From IMG/VR virus record IMGVR_UViG_3300049436_000016: a DNA stretch of 37,408 bases. One strand, given 5' to 3'. The stretch comes from a virus. The notes below the pieces were generated by a model. It saw nothing but the letters and a program-made list of their open reading frames with translations, searched no databases and had not been told where the DNA came from. Shown here piece by piece: positions 13,193 to 22,095 of this stretch. The position numbers and the translations under genes are program-made. Positions within the stretch are counted from its first letter, which is position 1. Every line of letters starts with the position of its first letter.

Positions 13193-14130
13193 ACCTTATC
13201 GACGCCAATATCGACCTGTCACAGTTCTCCGAGCCTGAAAACGTTCATCAGGTTCGCTCCGCTGACCGATTCAAGAAGCGCACGCTTGACGTATTGGCCC
13301 ACAAGAACGCCGCAATCGGTTCGCCTATGCCGTGGCTCAAGACTCGCGATTTAATCGAACTGAGGGCCGGGGAGCTATCAATCTGGACGGGTTACAAGGG
13401 ACACGGGAAGTCGCAAATGCTGTCCCAAGTCATGCTGCACTGCATGCGCCTGAATCAGCGCGTGCTGATCATCTCGCCAGAATTCAAACCGGAAGAGGTT
13501 CTCGCCCGCAAGTGCCGCCAGGAATCAGGATCAAGCCGACCGCCTGAATCATTCGTCAATGACTGGTTCGAGTACGCGAAAACCCGCTTGTGGCTGTTTG
13601 ACCATCAAGGCGCTTTGAAGGCTGACAACGTTGTTTCGCTTTGCCGGTATGCCGTCGCGTCATTCGGTGTGAATCACATCGTGATTGATTCGCTGATGAA
13701 GTGCGGTATCGGCGTAGGGGCTGAAGACTACTCAAAGCAAAAGCACTTCGTCGACAAGCTGCAAAGCGTAGCGCATCAAGCCGGTCCTCATATCCATCTG
13801 GTGGCACACGCCCGCAAGGGATCATCCGACGAAGCGCCGCCAGGACTGCACGACGTTAAGGGAACCAGCGAAATCGGCGACATGGCAGAGAACGTTTTCA
13901 GCGTGTGGAGAAACAAGCCAAAGCACAAATCCATGAGCGCAGGCGACCAGAGCAAGAGCCATGAGCCTGACGCAATCCTTACCTGTGAATCTCAGCGCAA
14001 CGGTAGCGGCTGGAATGGTGCGCTTCAGTTCTGGTTCGATCCGCAATCAGGGCAGTTCCTTGAATCACTGAACGACAACCCGCGCTGCTACACGCCAGCC
14101 GGTGCATCCGAAGAAATCGTGGAGTTCTGA
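13183..14130 (+). CDS. DnaB/Twinkle-like replicative helicase (RecA-fold ATPase domain only)
   Basis: Walker A is TGYKGHGKS and Walker B is HIVIDSLMK, followed by HLVAHARKG and QRNG motifs. The alternative ATG at 13189 overlaps the upstream stop. Confidence 0.8.
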   Translation: MEMNLIDANIDLSQFSEPENVHQVRSADRFKKRTLDVLAHKNAAIGSPMPWLKTRDLIELRAGELSIWTGYKGHGKSQMLSQVMLHCMRLNQRVLIISPEFKPEEVLARKCRQESGSSRPPESFVNDWFEYAKTRLWLFDHQGALKADNVVSLCRYAVASFGVNHIVIDSLMKCGIGVGAEDYSKQKHFVDKLQSVAHQAGPHIHLVAHARKGSSDEAPPGLHDVKGTSEIGDMAENVFSVWRNKPKHKSMSAGDQSKSHEPDAILTCESQRNGSGWNGALQFWFDPQSGQFLESLNDNPRCYTPAGASEEIVEF

Positions 14131-14131
14131 C

Positions 14132-14422
14132 ATGGCCGTGACAGTGACGAAACAGTTCAAAGAGGATTTCGACACATGGGCGGAATACAAGCTCAAGTGG
14201 GGTGATTTCTCGAAGGAGGAAATGGACGAACTGAAGGCCATGCTCCGCAAAGACTTAGCGCCCGGTGAAGACCAGTTGCGCCAAGGGCTGACGCTTATCA
14301 ATTCGGCTGGTGTGGAAGTGCCGGCCATGATCGACAACTACGAAGACCGCATCAAGTGCTGGACAAACTACTTCGCCGCTTGTGCGAAAGAAATCCGCGC
14401 CCGGTACAAGGTGGCCGCATGA
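14132..14422 (+). CDS. Hypothetical protein (96 aa)
   Basis: ORF track 14102..14422. The ATG at 14132 follows the helicase stop and has GGAG 8 nt upstream. Confidence 0.7.
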   Translation: MAVTVTKQFKEDFDTWAEYKLKWGDFSKEEMDELKAMLRKDLAPGEDQLRQGLTLINSAGVEVPAMIDNYEDRIKCWTNYFAACAKEIRARYKVAA

Positions 14423-14607
14423 AATGGAGCCGCATTAACGACTACGCCCAGCGCTGCGACCCCTGGACGATCTGCGCCATCGGCAACAGCGACGGCTACA
14501 CCTTCGAGCTATGGCACGACAAGCAGCCCGCAGCCGTTGGGCGGTTCAAGTCTCCGGCTCTGGCTAAGGCTGAAGCGATGCGGCAGGAATTTGAGGGGAG
14601 GGTATGA
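14419..14607 (+). CDS. Hypothetical protein (62 aa)
   Basis: ORF track 14356..14607. The internal ATG at 14419 forms an ATGA overlap with the upstream stop. Confidence 0.65.
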   Translation: MKWSRINDYAQRCDPWTICAIGNSDGYTFELWHDKQPAAVGRFKSPALAKAEAMRQEFEGRV

Positions 14608-15197
14608 GCATCCCAAAGAAACCCAGCCAGTGCCGCATCTGCAAGCAGTCATTCCAGCCCGTCAAGCCGCTGCAATCCGTCTGCTCGTTCGAGTGTGAAG
14701 TACAACGCGGAATCATTCTCGCCGAGAAGTCGAAGCTGAAGCGCGAACAGGCTGAACGAGTCGCAGACTTGGCAAGCCGGAAGATTCTGCGTGAAAGGCT
14801 GAAGACGGCCCGCGACTACATCAAGGAGGCACAAATTGCATTCAACGCCTACATCCGAGAGCGTGACAAAGACCAGCTTTGTATTTGTTGCAATCAACCG
14901 CTGCAATCTGGAACTGTCGGCGGGAACTACGACTGTGGTCATTACCGATCTGTCGGTTCTGCGCCTCATCTTCGTTTTGATCCTCGGAATGCTCACGCGC
15001 AGCGCAAGCAATGCAATCGATGGGGCGCGGGCAGGGCTGTTGATTATCGCCTGGGCCTTATCGCCCGCATTGGGATCGAGGCTGTTGAGTCGCTTGAGTC
15101 AGATCAAGGACAAGCTAAGTACTCAATCGAAGAACTAAAGGAAATCAAAGCCACATACAAAGCCAAGCTGAAGGCATTGAAACGTGGAGAGGGGTGA
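14604..15197 (+). CDS. ninG: NinG/Rap-family structure-specific (HNH-like) endonuclease
   Basis: AFNAYIRERDKDQLCICC...CGHYRSVGSAPHLRFDPRNAHAQRKQCN...IARIGIEAVESLE aligns block by block with lambda NinG as I remember it. Confidence 0.88.
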   Translation: MSIPKKPSQCRICKQSFQPVKPLQSVCSFECEVQRGIILAEKSKLKREQAERVADLASRKILRERLKTARDYIKEAQIAFNAYIRERDKDQLCICCNQPLQSGTVGGNYDCGHYRSVGSAPHLRFDPRNAHAQRKQCNRWGAGRAVDYRLGLIARIGIEAVESLESDQGQAKYSIEELKEIKATYKAKLKALKRGEG

Positions 15198-15471
15198 TCC
15201 TTTGCTGAACGAGTTCGCGCGCGCGCATTTGCAACCCACTCGCGAGCGCGTCGACTGGTTCCGCATCATCGTCGATCTTGAACGCCACGGTTATCGCCAT
15301 GCGGATATGTCGGCGGCCATCGATGTGGCGAAAAGTACGCTGGTTGGCTGGAAAGCGGGAAGCCGGCCGGCGTATGACGAAGGCGAAAGGCTTGTGCTTC
15401 TGTGGTGCATGGTGATGCGAAATGGTCGGGATTCCGTTCCGAAGGTTGACCGATATTCGCACCGTGCCTAA
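15184..15471 (+). CDS. HTH-containing small protein just upstream of the structural module (possible late regulator; start uncertain: GTG 15184 or TTG 15202)
   Basis: ORF track. GYRHADMSAAIDVAKSTLVGWKAG looks like an HTH. The GGAGAGGGG RBS favours the TTG at 15202. Confidence 0.6.
   Translation: MERGDPLLNEFARAHLQPTRERVDWFRIIVDLERHGYRHADMSAAIDVAKSTLVGWKAGSRPAYDEGERLVLLWCMVMRNGRDSVPKVDRYSHRA
15425..15440 (+). promoter_or_regulatory. Late-motif copy 1 (GTCGGGATTCCGTTCC)
   Basis: Exact 16-mer shared with 20473-20488. It lies 58 nt upstream of the first structural-module gene (15498) and is followed by GGTTGACC. Confidence 0.45.
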
Positions 15472-15497
15472 GCGCCAACCAACCTTCAGGAGTTTCC

Positions 15498-15836
15498 ATG
15501 CCACCTCGCACCCCTCGCATCCCCGGTGAAGTCATCGCCGAAGACCTCGTCACCGAAGCTATCGAAACGCAGTCGGAATCCGATTTGACCGGCGACAGCC
15601 AGAACGCCGAAGAAACCGTGACCGTCAGCAAGGCATCGCTTGATGCGCTGATGGCCCGTGTGCAAGCCCTCGAATCCGCCAAGCCTGTCGCCTCCTCGAA
15701 GGCCGCCAAGCAAACGACCGACCTACCGGACGCCGAAAAGGTTGATCCGGACAAGATCAAATCTGCCGTACTGACCAAGCAAGGTTGGGTTGTGCCGACT
15801 GGCTACGGCTCCAATCCTGCCGCCAAGGCGCTCTGA
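15498..15836 (+). CDS. Hypothetical structural-module protein (112 aa)
   Basis: ORF track. AGGAG RBS. Acidic N-terminus. Confidence 0.75.
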   Translation: MPPRTPRIPGEVIAEDLVTEAIETQSESDLTGDSQNAEETVTVSKASLDALMARVQALESAKPVASSKAAKQTTDLPDAEKVDPDKIKSAVLTKQGWVVPTGYGSNPAAKAL

Positions 15837-15838
15837 TC

Positions 15839-16048
15839 ATGTGCGGCGGGGGTGGTTCGAAAGTCGATGCGGCTGCCGAGCGTGAAGCAGCAGCCCGCGA
15901 GAAAGAAGCCGAGCGTTTGAAAGCTGAACAGGATGCAGCAGCCAAGGCTAATGCTGAAACCGTCATGGCTTCGCGCCGCAAGCGTACGCAAAAGGGCTTG
16001 ATGTCTGATCAGGCTACTACTTCTGTCATGGGATCGGGCGGGGCATGA
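15839..16048 (+). CDS. Hypothetical small protein starting MCGGGGSK (69 aa)
   Basis: ORF track 15785..16048. The ATG at 15839 lies 2 nt after the upstream stop. The ATGA overlap with the portal start suggests coupling. Confidence 0.65.
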   Translation: MCGGGGSKVDAAAEREAAAREKEAERLKAEQDAAAKANAETVMASRRKRTQKGLMSDQATTSVMGSGGA

Positions 16049-17658
16049 TCGATACCAAAGCCATCATTCGCCGCCATGCTTCGCTGAAGCAGGCCCGGCA
16101 ACCGCACGAATCAGGATGGAAGGAATGCTTTGACTTCTCCTTTCCGGAGCGTTCGCACGGCCTTGATGGCTCGACGGTATTGGCAAGCGATGTGCAATCC
16201 AAGAAATCTCGCATCCTTGACGATACTGCCTCCGATGCAGCCCGCACGCTAGGTTCTGCCATCGTGTCGGGAACGACGCCAGCCAGTTCGATCTGGTTCG
16301 GTCTTGGCGTTGGCGCTGATGATGACGACGACAACAACCACGCCGAAGGGCTTTGGTTAGACAACTGCGCCCGCACCATCTTCGACAATATCCACGGCTC
16401 GAACTTCGATGCCGTGTCATATGAATGCGCGATTGATCTGGTGCCTTCCGGCTGGTTCGTGATGTACATCGACGAAGCCGAGAACGGAGGTTACTACTTC
16501 GAGCAGTGGCCGATTGCTCAGTGTTACGTCAGTTCGTCGCGCCTCGGCGGCCTGGTCGATACGATTCACCGCGAAGTCGAGATGACCGTCGAACAGGTTG
16601 TCGCGTTGTACGGAATTGATGCTGTGTCCGAGAAGACGCGCAAAGCCTACGAAGACGACAAGCTCGATCAGAAAGTCAACGTCTTGCACGCGATCTATCC
16701 GCGCCGGCTGAGTGTGTCAGGCGCACGCATGGCGAAGAACCTGCCATTTGCGTCCATGCACATCGAACTCGGAAGCGCTGAGGGCCATCTGCTCAAGGAG
16801 TCTGGTTATCACGAATTCCCGTGCGTAGTCCCTCGTTGGATGCTGGTTCCAGGCACTGCTTACCCGACCGGCCCGATGTCGCAGGCGCTTGGTTCGATCC
16901 GCACCGTCAATGACATCAAGGCGATGGAATTGATGAACCTCGACATGGCGGCGGCTGGCATGTATGTCGCCGAGGATGACGGGGTGTTCAATCCGCGCTC
17001 AGTAAAGATTGGGCCGCGAAAGATTCTCGTTGCCAACAGTGTCGATAGCATCAAACCGCTGGCGCCTGCCGGTCAGTTCGATGTGACATTCACGGCCGAG
17101 GAACGGCTTCAATCATCGATCCGTAAGATTCTGCTGGCTGACCAGTTGCAGCCGCAGGATGGCCCGGCGATGACTGCGACCGAAGTGCATGTGCGCGTTC
17201 AATTGATTCGCCAGTTGCTTGGCCCGATCTATGGCCGTCTGCAAGCCGAATACCTGCAGCCGCTCATTGCTCGATGCTTCGGGTTGGCATATCGCGCTGG
17301 CGTGCTTGGTCAGGCTCCGGAATCGCTGCAGGGCGTATCGACCAACGTCAAGTACATCAGCCCGCTCGCACGTGCGCAGCGCCTGGAAGACGTCACCGCG
17401 ATGGACCGCTTCGAAAACACGCTGGCGATGGAAGCGCAGATCGATCAAGGCGTGCTTGATCTGTACGACTTCGAAGCTGCTGCACGATTCCGCGCTGACT
17501 TCCTTGGTGTTCCGAAGCCGACGATCCGATCACCTGAAGCCATCATCGAATTGCGCAAAACGCGCCAAGAAGCGCAAAAGCAGCAACAGCAACAATCCAT
17601 GCAGCAGCAGGCAGCACAAGACGCAGCCGGCGCAATGATCACCAAGGCTGCGGCCTAA
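16045..17658 (+). CDS. Portal (head-to-tail connector) protein, podovirus T7 gp8-like family
   Basis: Size is 537 aa. The N-terminal ...RHASLKQARQPHESGWKECFDFSFPERS signature is seen in podoviral connectors. The C-terminus is Q-rich. Its position is upstream of the scaffold and capsid genes. Confidence 0.85.
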   Translation: MIDTKAIIRRHASLKQARQPHESGWKECFDFSFPERSHGLDGSTVLASDVQSKKSRILDDTASDAARTLGSAIVSGTTPASSIWFGLGVGADDDDDNNHAEGLWLDNCARTIFDNIHGSNFDAVSYECAIDLVPSGWFVMYIDEAENGGYYFEQWPIAQCYVSSSRLGGLVDTIHREVEMTVEQVVALYGIDAVSEKTRKAYEDDKLDQKVNVLHAIYPRRLSVSGARMAKNLPFASMHIELGSAEGHLLKESGYHEFPCVVPRWMLVPGTAYPTGPMSQALGSIRTVNDIKAMELMNLDMAAAGMYVAEDDGVFNPRSVKIGPRKILVANSVDSIKPLAPAGQFDVTFTAEERLQSSIRKILLADQLQPQDGPAMTATEVHVRVQLIRQLLGPIYGRLQAEYLQPLIARCFGLAYRAGVLGQAPESLQGVSTNVKYISPLARAQRLEDVTAMDRFENTLAMEAQIDQGVLDLYDFEAAARFRADFLGVPKPTIRSPEAIIELRKTRQEAQKQQQQQSMQQQAAQDAAGAMITKAAA

Positions 17659-17675
17659 TCCTCGGAGTAAACAAA

Positions 17676-19301
17676 ATGGGACTTAATGCAACGCTAGGGC
17701 CGAATGGGTGGGAGGTTGATCCGATTACCGGGCAACCTGTGCTTGCGGAAATCAATCCTGTCACCGGGGGGATTGAATTATCGGCAGGGGCAAAACGCCC
17801 TCCCGGCATCCCGGCGATGAACGCGCTGCCTAAACTGCTTGTTTTCGGCTGCTCAATCGCTCAACAGTGCAATGCCTATCTGCACAGTGCAACAAGCACA
17901 ACGGCTGCGACAGACCTGAAAGCAGGCGCAACGGTCATTACTGTGGCTAACGGGGCGCTGTTCACTGGCGGCCAAAAGGTCACCGTTCCGCTCTATAACG
18001 GCCGCCTCTGGACGACGACGATCAGCAGTATTACCGGGAATGATCTGACGATTGCCGACAAAACTCCCGGACTGATTCGCGCCTCTTCATCCATTACGAT
18101 CACTACGACGCCGACCGTCCCGGCGCTCGATCAAGGCTATGGCGCTGTTAATGCTGCCGTGGCATTGCTCGGCGGCCCCGTTGAGGTTGTGCCGTCCTAT
18201 GGCTATGGTGGAGCTATTTATCGCCAAATGTATGCGGACCTTGAGCGCGATCTGCGTTATTACTCGCCGCACTACGTCGCCCTTCATATGTTTGAAAACG
18301 ACCTGACATCAACGGTTGCTGGTGGTGGCGCAACGATTGAGCAATTTAAGATGTGGGCGAGGCAGATGTCGAGGCTGTGCCTGAATTACGGGGCCATCCC
18401 GATTGTTTATAGCTCAATGCCGTATTACAACTCGGGAACTGGTGCTGGTGTACCTGCCTCGCGGGCCGCTGACTACGACGCGCTAGCTGTGTACGTTGGG
18501 TCTGGACAAAACGGGCAACTGTCTAAAGATGTTCCCGGCGCATGGGGCGACAACTCAGTTTCCTACGGCTGGCTCGACACGTCGAATCCTACTTGGCCTC
18601 GTGCACCGCTGGCCGGCTGGACCGATGGCGTTCACCCGGTTACAAGCAAGCGATTTGCAGTTGGCTTGATCGCCCTGCCAGTTTTGCGTGATTTGCTGCC
18701 ATCCTCACAGTCTCGCCTTGAGCAGATTGTCTCCCCGCTGGAAGTGACTCGTTGTGATGGTACTGGCGGCACCGCGAGTAACCTTGTCGGCGGCTCGATT
18801 GTTCCAAAGAGTCACACCGTCGCGGCATACGGAACGGCTGTCTGCACAACCTCGCGCAACGCTGACGGCACGCTCAAGATGATTGGATCATGGCCGGGTG
18901 CAGCTAACCGCTCAAACGACTACATCACCGATAAATACACGATGACATTCCCGACCGTTTGGGCCGGTGGAACTCAGCGTTTCCGGGTGTACATGCGCGT
19001 TCGGATCAATTCGATGATCGGCATTGCTCAACTATTCCCGGAAGTGACAATCGGTGCCACTGGGGAAAATCATACTGGGCAGACCGGAGTTGATATGTGC
19101 GAGTCGATCCCCGCTGATGGACGCATCATCACCCTTGAATCTCCCCACTTCGCCATCGGTATTGGCGCAACGACGATTCAGCCGGCACTGCTTATCAAGC
19201 CGGTGACGGCAGGAAGCCCGGCCAATGCTGTGATCGATATGGATGTGCTTGAGCTTGGCGTAGTTCCGGTAATCCCGGAAACGCCAGTCGGCTATCTGTA
19301 A
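17676..19301 (+). CDS. SGNH/GDSL-type hydrolase (esterase) with a C-terminal beta-rich domain (541 aa)
   Basis: All four SGNH blocks are present in order: FGCSIA (block I Ser), YGYGGA (II), FENDL (III) and DGVHP (V). About 200 additional C-terminal residues follow. Confidence 0.75.
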   Translation: MGLNATLGPNGWEVDPITGQPVLAEINPVTGGIELSAGAKRPPGIPAMNALPKLLVFGCSIAQQCNAYLHSATSTTAATDLKAGATVITVANGALFTGGQKVTVPLYNGRLWTTTISSITGNDLTIADKTPGLIRASSSITITTTPTVPALDQGYGAVNAAVALLGGPVEVVPSYGYGGAIYRQMYADLERDLRYYSPHYVALHMFENDLTSTVAGGGATIEQFKMWARQMSRLCLNYGAIPIVYSSMPYYNSGTGAGVPASRAADYDALAVYVGSGQNGQLSKDVPGAWGDNSVSYGWLDTSNPTWPRAPLAGWTDGVHPVTSKRFAVGLIALPVLRDLLPSSQSRLEQIVSPLEVTRCDGTGGTASNLVGGSIVPKSHTVAAYGTAVCTTSRNADGTLKMIGSWPGAANRSNDYITDKYTMTFPTVWAGGTQRFRVYMRVRINSMIGIAQLFPEVTIGATGENHTGQTGVDMCESIPADGRIITLESPHFAIGIGATTIQPALLIKPVTAGSPANAVIDMDVLELGVVPVIPETPVGYL

Positions 19302-19320
19302 ATCTAATCCCCTCTGCACA

Positions 19321-19563
19321 ATGATCGAACAAGAACGTCCGACCCCTCAGGACTATGCCGATTTGTTCGAGACCGACAGACGCGGCGCCCGCATCCTCGA
19401 AGACCTGATTCTTCGCTTCATCCGTCCGTCTGTGACGACAGGCGGGATTGATGCTGTCCTGCAAACCTATGAGCGCATGGGCCAGCGCAAGCCCCTGGAT
19501 TTCATCATGCAACAGATCAGCCGGGCTGCAGGTGCGCCCGACATTAACCAAGAAGGAGATTGA
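19321..19563 (+). CDS. Small head-module protein (80 aa), resembles Bbp19-like phage proteins
   Basis: ORF track. LFETDRRGARILEDLILRF... recalls the Bbp19-like domain of BPP-1-type podoviruses (from memory only). Confidence 0.6.
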   Translation: MIEQERPTPQDYADLFETDRRGARILEDLILRFIRPSVTTGGIDAVLQTYERMGQRKPLDFIMQQISRAAGAPDINQEGD

Positions 19564-19565
19564 CC

Positions 19566-20420
19566 ATGTACTGGAGGATTTTTCGGCATGTTTTCATGGA
19601 TGAAGCGAACGCTGGCGAAGGTGGCGGCACTGGTGGTGGCGGTGGCGAAGTCGGGAACGCACAAGAGTCGCAAGCCCCTGCAGGCACCGTCATGGGAGCC
19701 GGCGCAACCGAGCAAGTCGCAGCGCCCTCGATCCCGGAGAAATATCAAGTCAAGAAAGAAGACGGCACGCTCGACATCGAAGCAAGCAGCCTGAAGCTGG
19801 CAGAGGCTTACGGGCATCTTGAGAAGCGCATGGGGTCCGGTGATGCTCCGCCGAAGTCTGCCGCCGAATACAAGATCGAAATCCCAGAAGCGCTGAAGGA
19901 TACATGGAACCCTGCCGAGGACAAGCCGCTTCAGGACTTTCTGACTGCCGCGCACGCTAAGGGTTTTACCCAAGGCCAGATTGACTTGGCGCTTTCCACC
20001 TATCACGCTGTAGCGCCCGGTCTTCTGCAGGGTAATGCGCAACTGTCGGTTGAAGAATGCACGGCCGAATTGCGCAACACCTGGAAGACTGACGCCGAGT
20101 TCAAGGAAGGCGTCGATCTGTCCTACAAGGCCGCTGTTGCCTATGCCGGCGAAGATGCTGAGGCGCTGATGAACAAGTACGGCAATGATCCACTGTTGAT
20201 CAAGACGTTCGCCAGGGTCGGCAAGGAGCTTGGCGAAGATCGATCGATCAACCCAGGCAGCGAGTTGCCGGCTGGAACTTCGGTCGAAGCGCTTCAGTTG
20301 TCCGAGGCGTACAGCAATCCGAAGCACCCGGACCATGCGCGTGTTTCGAAACAGGTCGCCGATCACTACGCCAAGAAGGCAGAGATTGCCGCCAGGTCGG
20401 GGCATGTTCCGCTGATGTGA
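19566..20420 (+). CDS. Scaffolding protein (284 aa)
   Basis: ORF track 19560..20420 (TTG). The ATG at 19566 has AAGGAG 7 nt upstream. Gly-rich N-terminus, helical E/K/A-rich body, and a position between the portal and capsid genes. Confidence 0.7.
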   Translation: MYWRIFRHVFMDEANAGEGGGTGGGGGEVGNAQESQAPAGTVMGAGATEQVAAPSIPEKYQVKKEDGTLDIEASSLKLAEAYGHLEKRMGSGDAPPKSAAEYKIEIPEALKDTWNPAEDKPLQDFLTAAHAKGFTQGQIDLALSTYHAVAPGLLQGNAQLSVEECTAELRNTWKTDAEFKEGVDLSYKAAVAYAGEDAEALMNKYGNDPLLIKTFARVGKELGEDRSINPGSELPAGTSVEALQLSEAYSNPKHPDHARVSKQVADHYAKKAEIAARSGHVPLM

Positions 20421-20443
20421 TCCGCTCAAACGTTGCAACCAAG

Positions 20444-20470
20444 GCCCGCCGAGTGCGGGCTTTTTCTTTT
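20444..20470 (+). terminator. Rho-independent terminator after the scaffold gene
   Basis: GCCCGC-cgagt-GCGGGC followed by TTTTTCTTTTT. Confidence 0.85.
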
Positions 20471-20472
20471 TA

Positions 20473-20488
20473 GTCGGGATTCCGTTCC
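20473..20488 (+). promoter_or_regulatory. Late-motif copy 2 (TAGTCGGGATTCCGTTCC) at the start of the capsid-gene leader
   Basis: Identical 16-mer to 15425-15440 and identical 14-mer (TAGTCGGGATTCCG) to 34628-34641. It lies immediately after the terminator, 161 nt before the capsid ATG. Confidence 0.45.
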
Positions 20489-20648
20489 CCATGCGGTTCG
20501 ACAATCCATTGAACAGGCCCGAACTGGCAAGCGGACACCCTGAATCGCCCGAAGTCATGCTGAAGCCGAGCATGGCCGTACTGCAGGCCCGGATTCACCG
20601 GACACCCTGAAAGGCTTGAAGACCTATCAACCTTTTGGAGAACTGAAA

Positions 20649-21515
20649 ATGTCCAATACGATCACCGCAGCATTTGTGCAGCAGTGGGACGACTCGATCC
20701 GCCTGCAAGCGCAACAGAAAGAATCCCGCCTCGCCGTGGCCGTTACTGACCGCGGTCAGATTACCGGCGATGGATTCACCGTCAACAACCTCGACAAAGT
20801 CGAGATGGACGAAAACACCGTCCGTCACGGCGATACCGAATGGGGCGACGCCAACCACACGAACCGCCTGGCCGTGATGAAGGACTTTTACAAGGCCCTT
20901 CCGCTCGACCGCAACGACATTCCGAAGATGCTGGTCAATCCGGTTACCGGTGGCGACTACATGCAGCTGCTGATGGCCGCCAAGAACCGCAAGATCGACG
21001 ACGTGATTTACGACGCATTGCGCGGCGCGATCACTTCGAAGGATGGCGTTACCAGCTACGCCCTGCCGGCTGGTCAGAAGATTGCCCACGGCTCGACCGG
21101 CTTTACCAAGGCCAAGCTGATCCAGTGCCGCAAGATGTTCCGCGCCAACGAGTGCGACCAGCACAACGGCGAAGAACTGTTCATTGCCTACAACTCGACC
21201 ATGCTGGAAGACCTGCTCTCCGATACCACCCTGACCTCTGCCGATTTCATGGCGGTCAAGATGCTTCAGGAAGGTGACATTTCCGGCAAGTGGATGTCGT
21301 TCCGCTGGATTCCGTACGAAACATTGGATTACGCCGCTTCGACTTATTACGCGGTGGCATGGGCCAAGTCTGGCATCCACCTCGGTCGCGGCTACGAAGA
21401 AGGCAACGTCACCCGTCGCGGCGACAAAAAGGACTTGTGGCAGGTATCGATGGGCGCTTCTTACGGTGCCGGTCGTCAGGACGAAAACAAGGTCGTCGAG
21501 ATCGCATTCCAGTAA
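20649..21515 (+). CDS. Major capsid protein (288 aa)
   Basis: ORF track 20616..21515. The ATG at 20649 has GGAGAA 7 nt upstream. It follows the scaffold gene and is bracketed by terminator-type hairpins. The sequence style recalls BPP-1/epsilon15-type coat proteins (from memory only). Confidence 0.75.
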   Translation: MSNTITAAFVQQWDDSIRLQAQQKESRLAVAVTDRGQITGDGFTVNNLDKVEMDENTVRHGDTEWGDANHTNRLAVMKDFYKALPLDRNDIPKMLVNPVTGGDYMQLLMAAKNRKIDDVIYDALRGAITSKDGVTSYALPAGQKIAHGSTGFTKAKLIQCRKMFRANECDQHNGEELFIAYNSTMLEDLLSDTTLTSADFMAVKMLQEGDISGKWMSFRWIPYETLDYAASTYYAVAWAKSGIHLGRGYEEGNVTRRGDKKDLWQVSMGASYGAGRQDENKVVEIAFQ

Positions 21516-21521
21516 TTGGTG

Positions 21522-21543
21522 GGGGCTTCGGCCCCTCCTTTGA
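21522..21543 (+). terminator. UUCG-tetraloop hairpin after the capsid gene (partial terminator)
   Basis: GGGGC-TTCG-GCCCC followed by tcctttga. Confidence 0.5.
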
Positions 21544-21564
21544 ATAGTTTCAAGGAGAAACGAA

Positions 21565-22020
21565 ATGGCAGAAGTTAATTCCGCACAAGCCGTTGAAATC
21601 GCAGCCGGTCGCAAGCTCAAGCATTGCGACAAGGGCGAAGTTCGCCGCCTTGTCATCACCACGCCGGCTACCTTCGCGCAGCTGGCAATCAACGACACGA
21701 TGGCCTCCGGTCAGTATCTCCCCAAGGGCAGCCGCGTTTTGGCCGTCTGGAAGGGCCACGGCACCGGTACTGCATCCAGCACTTTCGACCTCGGCCTGCG
21801 CAAGCGCGACGGCACGGTGATCGACGCTGACGGTCTGGTTGCCGCATCGGCACTGACCACGGCAACGACTGTTGATCTGTCTGTTGGTACTGGCGCCCTG
21901 GTGGCCGCTGGCGTTGATTACGTCACCACCGATGACGCCGAGGTGTATCTGACCGCAACGGGCGCTGTCCTCGCTGCGAATCAGGATGTCCGCATCACCG
22001 TCGAATATATCGGCCCGTAA
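21565..22020 (+). CDS. Head decoration / cement-like protein (151 aa)
   Basis: ORF track. AAGGAGA RBS. It lies immediately after the capsid gene and before a strong terminator. Beta-rich, Ala/Thr/Val-rich sequence. Confidence 0.6.
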   Translation: MAEVNSAQAVEIAAGRKLKHCDKGEVRRLVITTPATFAQLAINDTMASGQYLPKGSRVLAVWKGHGTGTASSTFDLGLRKRDGTVIDADGLVAASALTTATTVDLSVGTGALVAAGVDYVTTDDAEVYLTATGAVLAANQDVRITVEYIGP

Positions 22021-22049
22021 CAATCTCCCCTGACCGTGCAAACGGTGCT

Positions 22050-22084
22050 GGCCCGGTGGCGTGTGTCGCCGGGCCTTTTTTCTT
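22050..22084 (+). terminator. Rho-independent terminator after the capsid/decoration genes (T-phi-like position)
   Basis: GGCCCGG(t)G...CGCCGGGCC stem followed by TTTTTTCTT. Confidence 0.85.
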
Positions 22085-22095
22085 AGAGGTAGCCC

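Noticed and set aside
19467-21698. Long minus-strand ORFs (19467..20573, 20595..21698) opposite the scaffold and capsid genes, plus similar ones at 23879..24655, 30225..31211 and 32022..32456
   Set aside because: These are typical high-GC antisense open frames. Their Arg/Gly/Leu-rich junk translations overlap well-supported structural genes across their whole length.
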